From assembly GCF_006345805.1 (NCBI RefSeq), contig NC_043005.1, positions 28,396,001-28,460,000 on the forward strand: a stretch of DNA of 64,000 bases. The letters run 5' to 3'. Under the pieces are notes generated by a model. The model had not been told where the DNA came from and ran no database searches. It worked only from the letters and a program-made list of their open reading frames with translations. Below are positions 51,159 to 63,880 of the stretch, in pieces; within the stretch, counting starts at the first letter, position 1; each line of letters opens with the position of its first letter. Source of the DNA: Octopus sinensis (Eukaryota). Both the position numbers and the translations under genes were made by a program.

Positions 51159-52479
51159 AAGTTGAAGACGGGAAGGATGACTTCCTTTGCAAATACTGAC
51201 AGGACACAGATAGTGTGTCTATGGCCAGCTGGAGGAGTGTGTCCTCCTGGGGCTAAAAACTACAGTAGCATCCACCCTTAGGGGTTAGCCATATTGAAAT
51301 GGCAAAAATACGTCACTATATATATATATATATATATATATGCAACAGGCTTTTGTTAGTTTCCATTTATCAAATCCTCTCAAGAGTTTGGCTGGTCCAG
51401 GTCTACAGAGGAAGGCACTTACCCAAAATGCCACTCTGTAAGACTGAACCCAAAACCATGTGATCAAGGTAAACTGAATAGAAAGACAATAACCCTACCC
51501 CCATTCTCCTATACATACACATACCTTTGTACAATGGCTTCTGTTGCAGAAAACACTTGTCCAAGTTGCTGTGCAGCAAAACCAAAGCAGTTTACACTGT
51601 GATGGAATCATGATTATTATAATCCCACACCGTACCAAGACAATATAAGAATTGATTATTTCCATAAAAGTTCCTGGTAAGCTGAGTTTATGAGACTTTT
51701 CTCAATTCCTGGTTAAACTGAATTCACTCCGGTGACACTGTTGATGCCACTGAGAAAGGCATGAACATCACAGAATCATTTATCTATTTCCTATATAACT
51801 CTGTGGTGTATGTGATGAAGAATTTTTATGAAATCAAGTTCAATAAAGAGAATCAGTGATGAATAAAATAGCGTAAAGTAGGGATGAAAAGGAGTGGGTT
51901 GAGGGGGAGGGACTGGAAATGGAAGGTGTGAAGAAGGGCAGGGTCAACAAGTAATTATATGTAGACACATTTAAGGTGGTAAATGCATCAGCATGAATGA
52001 TATAAATATAAATGCAATCTTGCATAATATATATTATAAAGGTATAAAAAGATATAATATTAAAAATGGAAGCAATATTGATACCAAAAGGCAATCTTTA
52101 TCTCTCGTTAAACATGGCTTTATTATTAGAGTGCCAAATACTGCAGTATTCGTCTTGAGAGGTTCACTCGTATAGACATACAGCACTAAAAGTGCCAATA
52201 TGTAGCAAACAAGAATTGTCTGGTGCTGGAACTGCCAGAATACATGATTTCAGTGAACTGTACTTCCTCAATGGCAAGTGTGACTCCCATACTAAGCAAT
52301 CCTTGTCTACTATAGTATATGTATGATGACCTCTTAAGGGAAAACTGAAGTGTTCAGTGTTCTAACACTACATACATGTTTAGTAAGATGTGAAGATTAT
52401 CTTTTATCTTTTGCTTGTTTTAGTCATAAGACTCTGGCCATGCTAGGGCACCACCTCGAAGAATTTTAGTCAAACAAAA

Positions 52480-53290
52480 TGACCCCAGGACTTAGACCAA
52501 AGTTTTAGTAAGCAGGAAAACAGATAGGACGCTATCTTTATCAGGTAAATGGCTCTGCTTGGTATGTAGAAAAGGTGTATGAAAAATTCCATACAATTTA
52601 CCCCATGCAAGCCAAGGACATACAAGCAGTGCATTGGAATCACAGGAATGTTAACAGAGAAAATAGTATTTGTATGTGGAAGATGCACATGTGCCATAAA
52701 GACCAATACACAGGAAATTGATTTTCTCAAATTCCCTAGAGGCTCCCTGGAGGTAGCGGATAACTTCTATTACCTAGGCAACCGTATTAGCAGAGGAGAA
52801 GGATGCTCTGAAAGGGAAATTGCTAGAATAAGAATAGGATGGAGAAAGTTTAGAGAGTTGTTACCTCTGTTGGTAGCAAATGATCTCCCTGAGTGAAAGG
52901 CAAACTGTATGATGCTTGTGAATGTGCAACAATGCTACATAATAGTGAAATGTGGGCCCTGCATGCAGAAGACATGCACAGACTAGTGACAAATGAAGCT
53001 AGTGTGCTCCATTGGATGTGCAGTGTGCATGTACAACAAAGTGCTAATGCATTAAGAGAATAGTTAGGCATAAGAGGAATCAGATGCAGTGTGCAAGGGA
53101 GAAGACCATATTGGTCTGATTATGTGATGTGTAATGAATGAGGACAGATGCATAAAGAAGTACCAATTGCTTAAAGTGGATGGAACTCATGGAAGAGGAA
53201 GACCCATGAAGACATGGGACAAAATATTGAAGGCTGGTCTCAAGATGCTGAGCCTCACAGAGGAGATGACATTTTGCTGTACTTGAGGAG
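52480..53290 (+). mobile_element. Old, degenerate RTE-clade LINE fragment
   Basis: FVCGRC, DNFYYLG, RIRIGWRKFRELLPLL and GRGRP remnants with many stops. Confidence 0.75.
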
Positions 53291-53439
53291 ACCTATCCAT
53301 TACAGTAAAAGATAGTATCCCAGAAGCACTTGGTTGTGCTTGTACATGCTGGGCCAAGAAGTAATAATCTAAAAGAAATATTTTCCTACAATCCTAATGT
53401 GCATATGCAGTGGTTAATCAGAGGCCAGCTTCCAGAAAG

Positions 53440-53960
53440 TGTCAATAAACATAGGTGTTTCAAACACAAAGTAATGCTCTGCATCTGGTAGAGTTATGAG
53501 GGGATAATTCACTAGAAGTTCATTCCAAACAGTCGAACCATTGATGTCAACCTGTACTCTAAACAGCTGGAGCAGATACATGCCATTGTGCAGAAAAAAT
53601 ACCTGGTATTGGTTAACTGAAAGTGAGTTCTTCTGCAGCAGGACAATGCAAGACCTCATACTGCTCCAACAACCTGGAATAAACTCCAGGAACTTGAGGG
53701 AATTGAACTGGTGCCATTCCCAGTAAATAGTCTGGACCTAGCTCCCTCAGATTATTATTTGTTCTGATCCATGGCTCACTTCCTGCACTCATGACACTTC
53801 ATCAACCAAGTTGAGGTGGAAGCTTCTGTGAACAAGTTCTTTGTTTTGAAGGACAAGAACTGGAATCAATCAAGGATCAAAGAACTGCCAGAGAGGTGGC
53901 TTCAGATGGTGCTAAAATGATGGCAGCTATTTTGAACATTAGGCTGATTTTGTTGTAATT
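53440..53960 (+). mobile_element. Mariner transposase C-terminal relic
   Basis: LLQQDNARPHTA and SLDLAPSDYYLF (YSPDLAP-D-like) motifs. Confidence 0.8.
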
Positions 53961-53984
53961 TGATGAATAAAGCAAATAAGTTAC

Positions 53985-56060
53985 CTAAATATTGCAAAAT
54001 AAGACAAAATTCATTGCAAATCAACATATCTAATTATTATGCTTCAATTAATCCTAACCTCTTAAATGAGGTGCTCATGTTTGCTATGGAAAACTCAGGA
54101 CTTACTAGAGTAGAAGTGGCTAGAAAATCAATTGTAAAATTTGAGGGAAAGTACAGGGTGAGAAAGGATAGACTGGAGATGTTCAATATAACTATGGGAT
54201 CAACAGACTCTTCACAGGTAACAAATTTATTAAGGACATACATTTTATTTTGCCTGTATAAGGAATTCCCTGAAATAGGAGGGGTCTATACAGGGATGAT
54301 GCACTTTTCACCCCGTTTAACCCCTCAAACCAGGACAGAAAAATATAGTAAAATATTTTTTTAGTTTTTTTAAAAACATAGGACTTTCAATATCAGTAGA
54401 AGAGGAAAATAACTCAGCTAACTTTCTTGATGTTAATTTAGATCTAAGTACAGGCATGTACAAGCCATATCATAAACCTAATATGAACTTTAGATGCATT
54501 CATAAAAATAGCAATCACCCAAAAAGTATAACCCGATCTATAGTAGAAAATATTTCAATCCTCATTACTAATCTGTCAGTGAATGAGGAAGTATTTAAAC
54601 TAAATGAGGACTTTTATAATTTCACATTAGAGAAGGCGGGATATAGAGAAAAATTAAAATTCTTTAATGGTTGTAATTGTAGAGATGATATAAGTAGTGG
54701 GATGGGCCATACTGACGATAATCATGATAGCATGCATAATATTAAGAACACCACTAACCAAAAAACAACGAACAGTAGGAAGAGTTAGAGATAGGAAATC
54801 TGTGCAATTAGGATATAACAATAGAGTACCTTGAAACAAAAAGAAGAGCACAAATTTACTTGAACATATGCCCAATAAAGTACAAAGTGGCTTAACTATA
54901 AATGGACCTACTAAGAGGTCCCATTCAGATAGGATAGATAAACAATATATAAACTCTATGAATAGTAATATACAAATAATTGACAAATATAATGTCAAAC
55001 AAACCCAATGTCGTAATAAGAACCAGATAAATAGATTAGACGCTTTTACAAAAAGCTTGGGTAGAAATAGAAATACACACCTCAGTAACATGGATATCTC
55101 TAGCTATATCAAATGCTACATAATTCCCTTCAGAAAACAAATAATTTCCAATATACTGAAATCGTTTTCTTCAGCATTGACTAAACATTTTCCAAAAGAC
55201 AGTAAATACTATAGAATTTATAATAAACATAGATTTAGATTAGCTTTCTGTAATAGCAAAAATCTAGCACAAATTATAGCAGCACACAACGATAGTAAAT
55301 TTAAGTTTCCATATGAACAATAGCGATAATAATAATCAGAATTATGATTATATATCAATAAATAGCAACAATGTAAACATGAGTGGACAAACCATAAGTA
55401 ACATGACTAGGTATCAGGATAGGAACTATGGTTTGACAACCGATAAAATTGAAGAGATCCAAGGGAACTCCACAATTAACATGAAAGTAGATGTGACTCC
55501 TAAAATGCAAAATACTCAGATCGTTGTCTGTGTGGAAAGGACTAATAGCCTAGAAGATAGACAGAATATAGAAATCACGTCTAGAGTAGGTGAAGTGGGT
55601 ACTAGTAATTAGAAATAGTAGAACTATTAAATGCAATTGTGCAAGAAACAGGGTCTGTCCGCTTAACTCTAATTGTAAGCATAAACATATTGTATACAGA
55701 TGTAAGATTACCTCAGAGAATACAAAGTATTTCTACATAGGAGCTAGCTCATGCTATATTAAGTAGAGAATTGCCAATCATTTAAGTTCATTTAGAAATA
55801 GGAACAAAATGAATACTACCAGCCCTAGTAAGCTAATTTGGGCACTAAAAATAGTAACAAAGTATTTTCAATTGCTTGGGAGATAATTAGTAAAGCAAAA
55901 TCTTATAGAATAGACGATAATAGATACGAATTTTGTGTAGAAGAAATGTACCAAATTTTCACTTCTAAATTTACTCTTATTTTAAATTTACTAGACAGGA
56001 ACACTGGATTAAATATACGTTTAAACGATTAAAAGAAACATAACTTACTATCTATAGTAA
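53985..56060 (+). mobile_element. Decayed Penelope-like element (RT and GIY-YIG endonuclease)
   Basis: ISNYYASI, FNITMGS, GLYRDDAL (YRDD at about 54289-54300), thumb YKPYHKPN...SNHPKSI, KHFPK and CNC...CPL...IVY...YIG at about 55630-55742, with stops and frameshifts. Confidence 0.85.
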
Positions 56061-56599
56061 TTATATTAATTAAAATAATGATTGTGATAATTAATGATAT
56101 TCATCCAAATAATACTAATATAATTGTAACAGTAACAATAATATTAATTGAGAGCATAAACCCAAAATACGTGAAATGCCTCTGAATAAATAATGTACTC
56201 CATACAGTAAAATGTAAACAAAACTGCTACAATTAATTGTAATATAAATAATGTAAATAAACATTTTAACAACTGGTTCAACTGTAATACCAGTAGAGGT
56301 AATTATAAGACCAGAATTCAATTTGATTTAAAAAGTAACTCTATCACCTTCAACTGAATACCAATGCAGGAAACTTGTTTGAATTAGTTCACCTTGAAAA
56401 TGTCGTAAGTGATGGACCCCTGATGAAATTGCAGTGCATAATTGCTTTGCAATTGCAACATATTTTCATATTTCAACCAGTATTGGTCCAGGCCATGTCT
56501 AACTTAATAGCACCACCTGGCAAAGTCATTCAAATCAGGAATTGGACTACATGGCCCACTCGAGGACAGAGTTATTGTTTGCAAAGACATATCCGGGTG

Positions 56600-57420
56600 T
56601 AGAACGTTTATCTGTGATTTTATGAAGGAATTTGCCCAAAGACTTCTTGAACTTTATGGGGTCTATTTCTGCTTTAATGGGTTTTGGTGTAATGTTAAAG
56701 AGAGTGGAGCCAATTGAGGTGAAATAATTGTACCGTATTGTTTGTTATGTGATGCGAGTATGATTTATGTTGTGGGCAGATAGCACAGGGTTCAAGTCTT
56801 GGGTGTATCTTAAAGGTGATGCCAACACCATTTTGGCAATGCTGATGGAATATTTCCACATCATGCATATGATGTAGCGCTCATGACAGCGTTGGAGAGA
56901 ATAAAGCTTATCCTTATCTAGTTGACCCCAATAGTCAAGGCCTGTCATGTCATCTATTTTTTTCATAATTGACCTTTGAGATGCTTCAACTTTCATGATA
57001 CTTTGTTTCATGTGAGAAGACCACAGTGGACAACAGTATTCAAGGTGGGGTCAGGCAAAAGTAGGGAAGAGAAGGATAATGGTGTAGATATCTCTCAACT
57101 GGAAAGTTCTGAGAATCCAGGAGCGTATTCTGTGGGCCATGTCAACTTTGCTGTTTATATGAGTGGCTCACATTATGTTGTTGTCCACAATTACTCCCGA
57201 GTCTCTGATGTTGTTGGATGCTATGAGAGTTTCACCTGAATGAAGGGAAGTATGAGAGTTTCAGGATATCCTCTTTTCCAAAGTGGATTAACTCAAATTT
57301 GTCTTCGTTCAGCAGCATATTATTCTTTTCAGCCCGTTGGATGATAGCCAGTAGATCTGACTGAAGACATGTCCGGTTACCTACTTCATTGATGACCTTC
57401 TGGATTGTTGATCATTGTAA
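56600..57420 (-). mobile_element. CR1/L2-like LINE 3' fragment
   Basis: VEASQRS...GLDYW...KLYSLQRCHERYII motif typical of these LINE C-termini. Confidence 0.7.
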
Positions 57421-57896
57421 TATATGCTGTAGAAAATTTCTTAATAAAAAAATTTTGGATGTAAATAAATCTCCTTTCTCCTCCATACTGAGGGATGGAA
57501 CCTGAAACTATGTGGTAAGAAGTTTGCTTCCCAACCACATAGTTCTGGGTTCAGTTCCATTGTCTAGCACCTTAGGCAAGTGTCTTCTATTGTGGCCCCT
57601 GGCTGACCAGAACCTTGTGAGTGGATTTGGTAGATGGAAACTGAAAGAAGTCATCATACATACATACATACATATATCATCATCATCATCATCATCATTT
57701 AACGTCCGTTTTCTTTGCTGGCATGGGTTGGATGGTTTAAAAGGAACTGACCAGCTGAAGGGCTGTTCAGGCTCCATGTCTGTTTTAGCATGGTTTCTAT
57801 GGATGGATGCTCTTCCTAACACCAAACACTTTATAGAGTGTACTGGATGCTTTTATGCTGCACCGACACAGGTGGCTTTTATGTAGCACCAGCACT

Positions 57897-59075
57897 ATCA
57901 TCATCATCATCATCATCATCATTTAGCGTCCGCTTTCCATGCTAGCATGGGTTGGACGGTTCAACTGGGGTCTGTGAAGCCAGAAGGCTGCATCAGGCCC
58001 AGTCTGATCTGGCAGTGTTTCTACGGCTGGATGCCCTTCCTAACGCCAACCACTCTGTGAGTGTAGTGGGTGCTTTTTACGTGCCACCCGCACAGGTGCC
58101 AGACGGAGCTGGCAAACGGCCACAGACGGATGGTGCTTTTTACATGCCACCGGCACGGAGGTCAGTCGGGGCGGTGCTGGCAACGGCCACGATCGGATGG
58201 TTCGCTTACTTGTCACCGGCACTGGTATCACAGCTGCAATTTCCATTGATGTTGATCGACTTCGATTTTGGTTCTGCTTTCTGATATCTGATTTGATTTG
58301 GTTTGATTTTGATTTTCACTTGCCTCAACGGGTCTTCACAAATGGAGTTTTGTGTCCCAAGAAGGAAAGGTATGTATAAGTCGACTGGCTACATACCAGG
58401 TAGAGGCCACGGGTTATGGTCTCACTAGTCTTGCCAGGTCTTCTCACGCACAGCATACTTCCATAGGTCTCGGTCTCTAGTCATTTCCTTAGTGAGACCT
58501 AAAGTTCGAAGGTCGTGCTTCACCACCTCGTCCCAGGTTTTCCTGGGTCTACCTCTTCCACAGGTTCCCTCAACTGCTAGGGTGTGGTACTTTTGCACAC
58601 AACTATCTTCAGCCATTCTCGTCACATGACCATACCAACGCAAACGTCTCTCTTGCACACCACAACTGATGCTTCTTAGGTCCAACTTTTCTCTCAAGGT
58701 ACTTACACTCTGTCGATTATGAACACTGACATTACACATCCATCGGAGCATACTGGCTTCATTTCTTGTGAGCTTACGCATATTCTCAGCAGTCACAGCC
58801 CATGTTTCACTACCATGTAGCATGGCTGTACGTACACATGCATCATACAGTCTGCTTTTTACTCTGAGCGAGAGGCCTTTTGTCACCAGCAGGGGTAAGA
58901 GCTCTCTAAACTTTGCCCAGGCTATTCTTACTCTAGCAGTTACACCCACCCCTGCTACTGACTTGGTCACCTAGGTAGCAGAAGCTATCAACTACTTCTA
59001 GTTTTTCTCCCTGGAACGTGGTAGAAGTTGGTCTCTGCACATTTTCAGTGTTTATTGCTCCTGAGCATCTGCCAC
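57897..59075 (-). mobile_element. 5'-truncated RTE-clade LINE, same subfamily as 28256-29820
   Basis: ORF 58425-58970 is almost identical to 28647-29117; 3' UTR and (CAT)n tail present. Confidence 0.9.
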
Positions 59076-60299
59076 GGAAACCTTACCTGTCATTGTGGTT
59101 TTGTGGCACAAAGCAAAGCAGGCCTTGCCATTCCCTCAAGAAAACATAACAAATGATCCACAAGCACTCATAAGCAAACTGAGTCCTCAAATTGTTCCGT
59201 TTGCTAAAGGTTTTGCAAGGCACCAGCAGACCTCAAGATACACATTCATGTCCATAGGACATGATTAATGCTTTATTTTACTGAACCTTCATTTGTCTTT
59301 CACGACAAGAGAATCCATCATCACATACATACATGTTTATGTATGTATGTATATGTGTATATGTATGTATATATATATGTGTATATGTATGTATATGTGT
59401 GAGTATATATATATAAATATGTGAGTGTGTGTATACATATATGTGTATGTGTGTGTGTGTATGTATATATAAATATATATCTTCTTGCCTTGACATCACG
59501 TGATGGTTGTAAGCAATTATCACCATCATGCAAATGGTGTCTTTCATCTCCAATCTTCCACGGGAAACATGTCTGGTCACAGGTAAATATTCCTTTCTTG
59601 GAAACAGGAGAAGATTGGCAACAGCAAAGGCATTCTGCCATCTGCCATAGAAAATTCATCTTAATAAATATCATCCAACCCAGGTGAGCATGGAGAAGTG
59701 GATGTTAAAACACATGCATTCACATTTGATAGGCTTCTTTCAGTTTCCTTCTGCCAAATCCACTCGTAGTGTAGAAATGTGATTATCATCAACAAGCAAG
59801 AGAGGGAGAGAGAGAGAGAGAAACACTCTTTGTATAGTTTTGGTAGTCTAACGGAGTATAACATATTACAATCGCTAAGATTCACAACCAATAATTTTGT
59901 GTAATAAGTATATAAGTGTGTGTTTGTAAGTATGTGTGTTTCTGAGTGTGTGACTGTGACTCTGTGTGTGTGTGTGTGTAAGTGTTTGTAAGTATGTGTG
60001 TTTCTGAGTGTGTGTGTGTGTGTGCACTTCAATGTGTGTGTATATATGTATATACATTGTACACTTCAATAGCTAAGTGTGTTCACACTTAACTATGTTA
60101 GTGACTTCTTAATATCTCTATTGCTATTTCCTTTACTGTTTGTTAACAATATGAAATAAAGTGAAGTGTTATTCGATTGCATACCCATCCCTCATCCCAC
60201 CTAAGACTGACTCTAGCTCCAACCCAATTGAGATGACTCCCAATTTAACAATGCCAATCCATCTCAGACGGCCGCTCGTTGGGTATATAGGGTGTTAAA

Positions 60300-61330
60300 A
60301 CACCCCTGCATTCAGTGTCTAGACATCGGCAACTTGTGGTGTTATGTCGGATAGGTGTTGTTTTGTGTAGGAAGGACCTGGTAATTGACTAAGACCATTG
60401 TGAGGATTGTCTTGCCTCTTCTTTAACTGAGAAGGGCAGGTAGTTTTCCTCTGTCTGGTGGACAGAGCTTGTGTAGTGGTCAAGGCAGAAAGGACTGGAG
60501 ACAGAAACTTTCTTTTTCAGTAAAAAATTCATTGACTTTTTTACAGTTTTGTTTGAAAAGGAAGCTGAGGATGGAGAAGGAAGTCCCACAGGAAATTTAT
60601 TATAAAGTGAATGACAGTGGGGAAGAGAATGAAATGGTGTGAGAGAATGGCTTTAGACTCAGCAGTTGGGAGAGGGCTTTTGCCCTTGATAATCAGAATG
60701 ATCCTGGGTCTGTACCTTTTCTTGATTGGCATTAGATAAAGATTCTCCTGGTCAAGAGGACCTAGGGGATGGTCAAGAATGAAATGGTTTGATAATATCC
60801 ATAATTTTAGTTGGTCATGCTTGGGGATCCAGAAGGAAAGTATAATGACAGTTGCTTCTGATAGGACCCTATTGAGGAGGAGCCTGAGGACTTTGTTCCT
60901 ATGACCCTTTAAGAATAGTCAGCAATGAAAACTTTAGAGATGTTTGTTCAAGGAGTCATCTCAAGACTTTTCCTCACCATACAGATCTTGTTCTTGTATG
61001 TGTTGGCCTTGTGCTCTGGGACACATTTGTCACATATAGCTTGAATTACAGGTATGGGATGTTTAAGTTTCATGTCATTGTCTGGTGTGGAGAGAGATTT
61101 AGGCCAATCCTGTTTGAGGATTTCTTTCTAAATTGATTTCCAGTTTGTTTGATACAAGTACAGACTGGAGAGATTTCAAGTGCTTCACATAGACTGTATG
61201 TCTACAGCTCTATTATATTGTAATCTGAGACAAACGTTGGTGTCACTTTCACTTTATGGATGATATCCATACTGTTTGTGAAGTAGAGATCCGGGATATC
61301 ATTTACCCTGATCGGTTGGAGCACTATTGG
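60300..61330 (-). mobile_element. Decayed LINE fragment (end of APE endonuclease and linker)
   Basis: PIRVNDIPDLYFTNS...VSDYNIIEL resembles the PTR..NILDL.FTN...SDH motif. Confidence 0.6.
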
Positions 61331-61369
61331 CTCTACAATTGAAGCAGTGGTAAAGTTCAGCAGGAACTC

Positions 61370-61950
61370 CACCTGTGCTTGTTTACAGTGTGTCATTCTT
61401 AGAATTCTTGCTGAATACAGAATGGCACTTTCCTGCAGGTCAATAATGCAAGTCACAATTCCAATATTTTTCAGGCTTTTAGGCAGCATTTTGGATTAAT
61501 TGCTGTCTTAGTCTTCCACAGTCTCCTATTTCCTCATCCTTCACCCTGATGGCAGATAAAAGAAATCATCATCATCATCATCATTACTATTATTATTCCT
61601 TTATTTCTCAGAGTGCCCAGTCTTGTTTTGTTCTGCTAGGTTCAGTGAGAGTGGACAGCAGCCTACTGTCAGAGGTCTCACAGGTTCTCTTTCTGCACAT
61701 TATAAGCTTTGATACTTGGTTGTTAATTATCATGGAAGACATTCAACATCCAAGTACCAATCTCAAAATCTTAGCTGTCCCCAACAGAGCAGTTTTGGGG
61801 GCTTGTTCTGATTTCTCTGACATATTTCTCGAACTTGGTTGTTAGGTGAAATTGCTTTAGCTAACTCTGAGACTCTCATTATTTTAAGCATCATAAAAGA
61901 AAAATTCTTTCTTTGGATTATTTGCCAATAAGGACTCTTGTTACCCATGG
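61370..61950 (-). mobile_element. 3' ends of two RLE-type LINEs
   Basis: KTALLGTAKILRLVLGC* ending near a (CAT/TAT)n tail at about 61566-61597, and LQESAILYSARILR at about 61400-61445. Confidence 0.6.
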
Positions 61951-63069
61951 CTACAGGTCCTTGCTATTTAGGGGTAGACAAAAGATTTTCTAGTTTATCT
62001 GCTTTCACATTTTGATATCCATGAGACAAATGTAATATCCTTCTGAAGAAAACAGAATATGGGGAGAAATTCTCTGGATTGAGCACGGGTAGGGTTTATG
62101 GCAGTGTCTGCTGTAGTTTCAGGACAAAGGGCTCAGCCAAGACACAAGCTGCAATAGTGAGACATACTTCTGCATATGCACTGGTGCTCCAGTACTTAGG
62201 GCTGAAATATACTAAGATGACTGTCAAGTACATTAGTAATGAGACTGACCCCTGATTGGATGTCAGCTTTGTATCATAATATCAGTGGCTAGTTAGTGCA
62301 GAGGTAGTGGGGAGAGATATGTGGTCAGGGTTGGTGTAGCAGATGGATTTACAGGTTCTAAAACCTATGAAAGTCATCGGTCTATATCAGTTGTAGTTGA
62401 AATTTACAGAAAAACAAAAGACGAAAACGGGAGTATAAACAACAAGCAGGGAAAGTGAGAAAGTCTTTTATGTTTTGAATCTATGCTCTTCAGCAGAAAG
62501 GAACATGAGGAAATAAACAGGGAGAAAATAAAAAGCAAGAGAGTAAACAGAGAGAGAATAAACAGAGAGGGAATTAAAAAAACTTGTGGATTTAGCAATC
62601 AGTCATGGTGACTATATCAGTTGTACCCAAGTGAGGGTAGAAAGACAAAGGGCATGAAACTGAAATATGGGGAGAAATTCTTCGGATTGAGCAGAGGTCA
62701 GGTTTATGGCAGTGTCTGCTGTACTTTCAGGACCAAAGTCTTAGCCAAAACTTAGGCTGAAATAGTGAAACATATCTCTACCTCACTAGAAAGGTTAGGA
62801 AAACGAAGGGAAATGAAAGCAGTGGAGAGGAACAGCAAGACAACATCAAAATCAGCAAATCCCAGTTTCCAATATAGCACAGTCGCAACTCCATTAATGG
62901 TGAAGATACACTGTCCCTTAACTGTAGCAACCAACAGCACTATGATTCCATCATTCTGGGTTCAATTCCTACTGAGATCACCTTTTGTCTGTCAGCTTTT
63001 CAGGGTCAATGGATTAGAACACCACTCAAGACCTGGGGTCAATTTCATTGACTAAATGCCTACCAATAA

Positions 63070-63316
63070 AATTGCCTGCCTCATAGCTAATCCAAAATCA
63101 ATAATGATAATCCTGTTTACTATAAGCACAAGGCCTGAAATTTTGAGGGGAGGGGCTAGTCACATTAATCCTAGTACTCAATTGGTACTTATTCTATTCA
63201 CCCCAAAAGGACAACAGCAAAGCTAACCTCCATGGAATTTGAACACAGAATGTACAGACAGACAAATGCCACCAACATTTTGTTCCATGCATTAATGATT
63301 CTGCCAGCTCACCACC

Positions 63317-63365
<49 letters not shown>

Positions 63366-63842
63366 TGATAATAGTAATCCTTTCTACTAAAGGCACAAGG
63401 CCTGAAATTTGGGGTGAGGGGACTAGTTACTTACATCAACCTCAGTGTTTCACTGGTACTTCATTTATTGATCCTGAAAGGAATTTGAACTCAGAACATA
63501 AAAGACAGATGAAATACCGCTAAGCATTTTGCCTGGCATGCCAAAAATTTCAGGCCTTGTGCCTATAGTAGAAAAGAGAATAATAATAATAATAATAATG
63601 GTTTCAAATTTTGCCTCAAGGGCAGCCATTTTTGTGGTAGGTGGATGAGTTGACAACATTGACAGCCAGTGTTCAACTGGTACCTTTTTTTTATCGACCC
63701 CGAAAGGATGAAAGGCAAAACTGACCTCGTCAGAATTTGAATTCAGAACGTAGCAGCAGACGAAATACCACTAAGCATATCACCCAGCATGCTAATGATT
63801 CTACCAGCTCACTGCCTTAATAATAACAACAACAACAACAAC

Positions 63843-63875
<33 letters not shown>

Positions 63876-63880
63876 CATCA
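63070..63880. mobile_element. Cluster of core-bearing SINE copies separated by (TAA)n
   Basis: At least three copies of cacaaggcc..aattt...ggtact..ttt.atcgacccc.aaagga, interleaved with (TAA)n and (CAA)n. Confidence 0.7.

Larger units (their letters stand above)
48851..51316. repeat. Tandem and inverted array of a 353-bp hammerhead-containing unit (retrozyme / Penelope pLTR-like)
   Basis: Forward units start at 48851, 49204, 50118 and 50471. Inverted blocks span 49610-50084 and 50841-51316. Flanked and separated by (TA)n; copies are near-identical. Confidence 0.92.

Noticed and set aside
49016-51281. Repeated 63-aa ORF MFDFTFSIS... in the 353-bp unit
   Set aside because: It recurs only because the unit repeats, has no recognisable domain, and overlaps the ribozyme, so RNA structure explains the sequence better.
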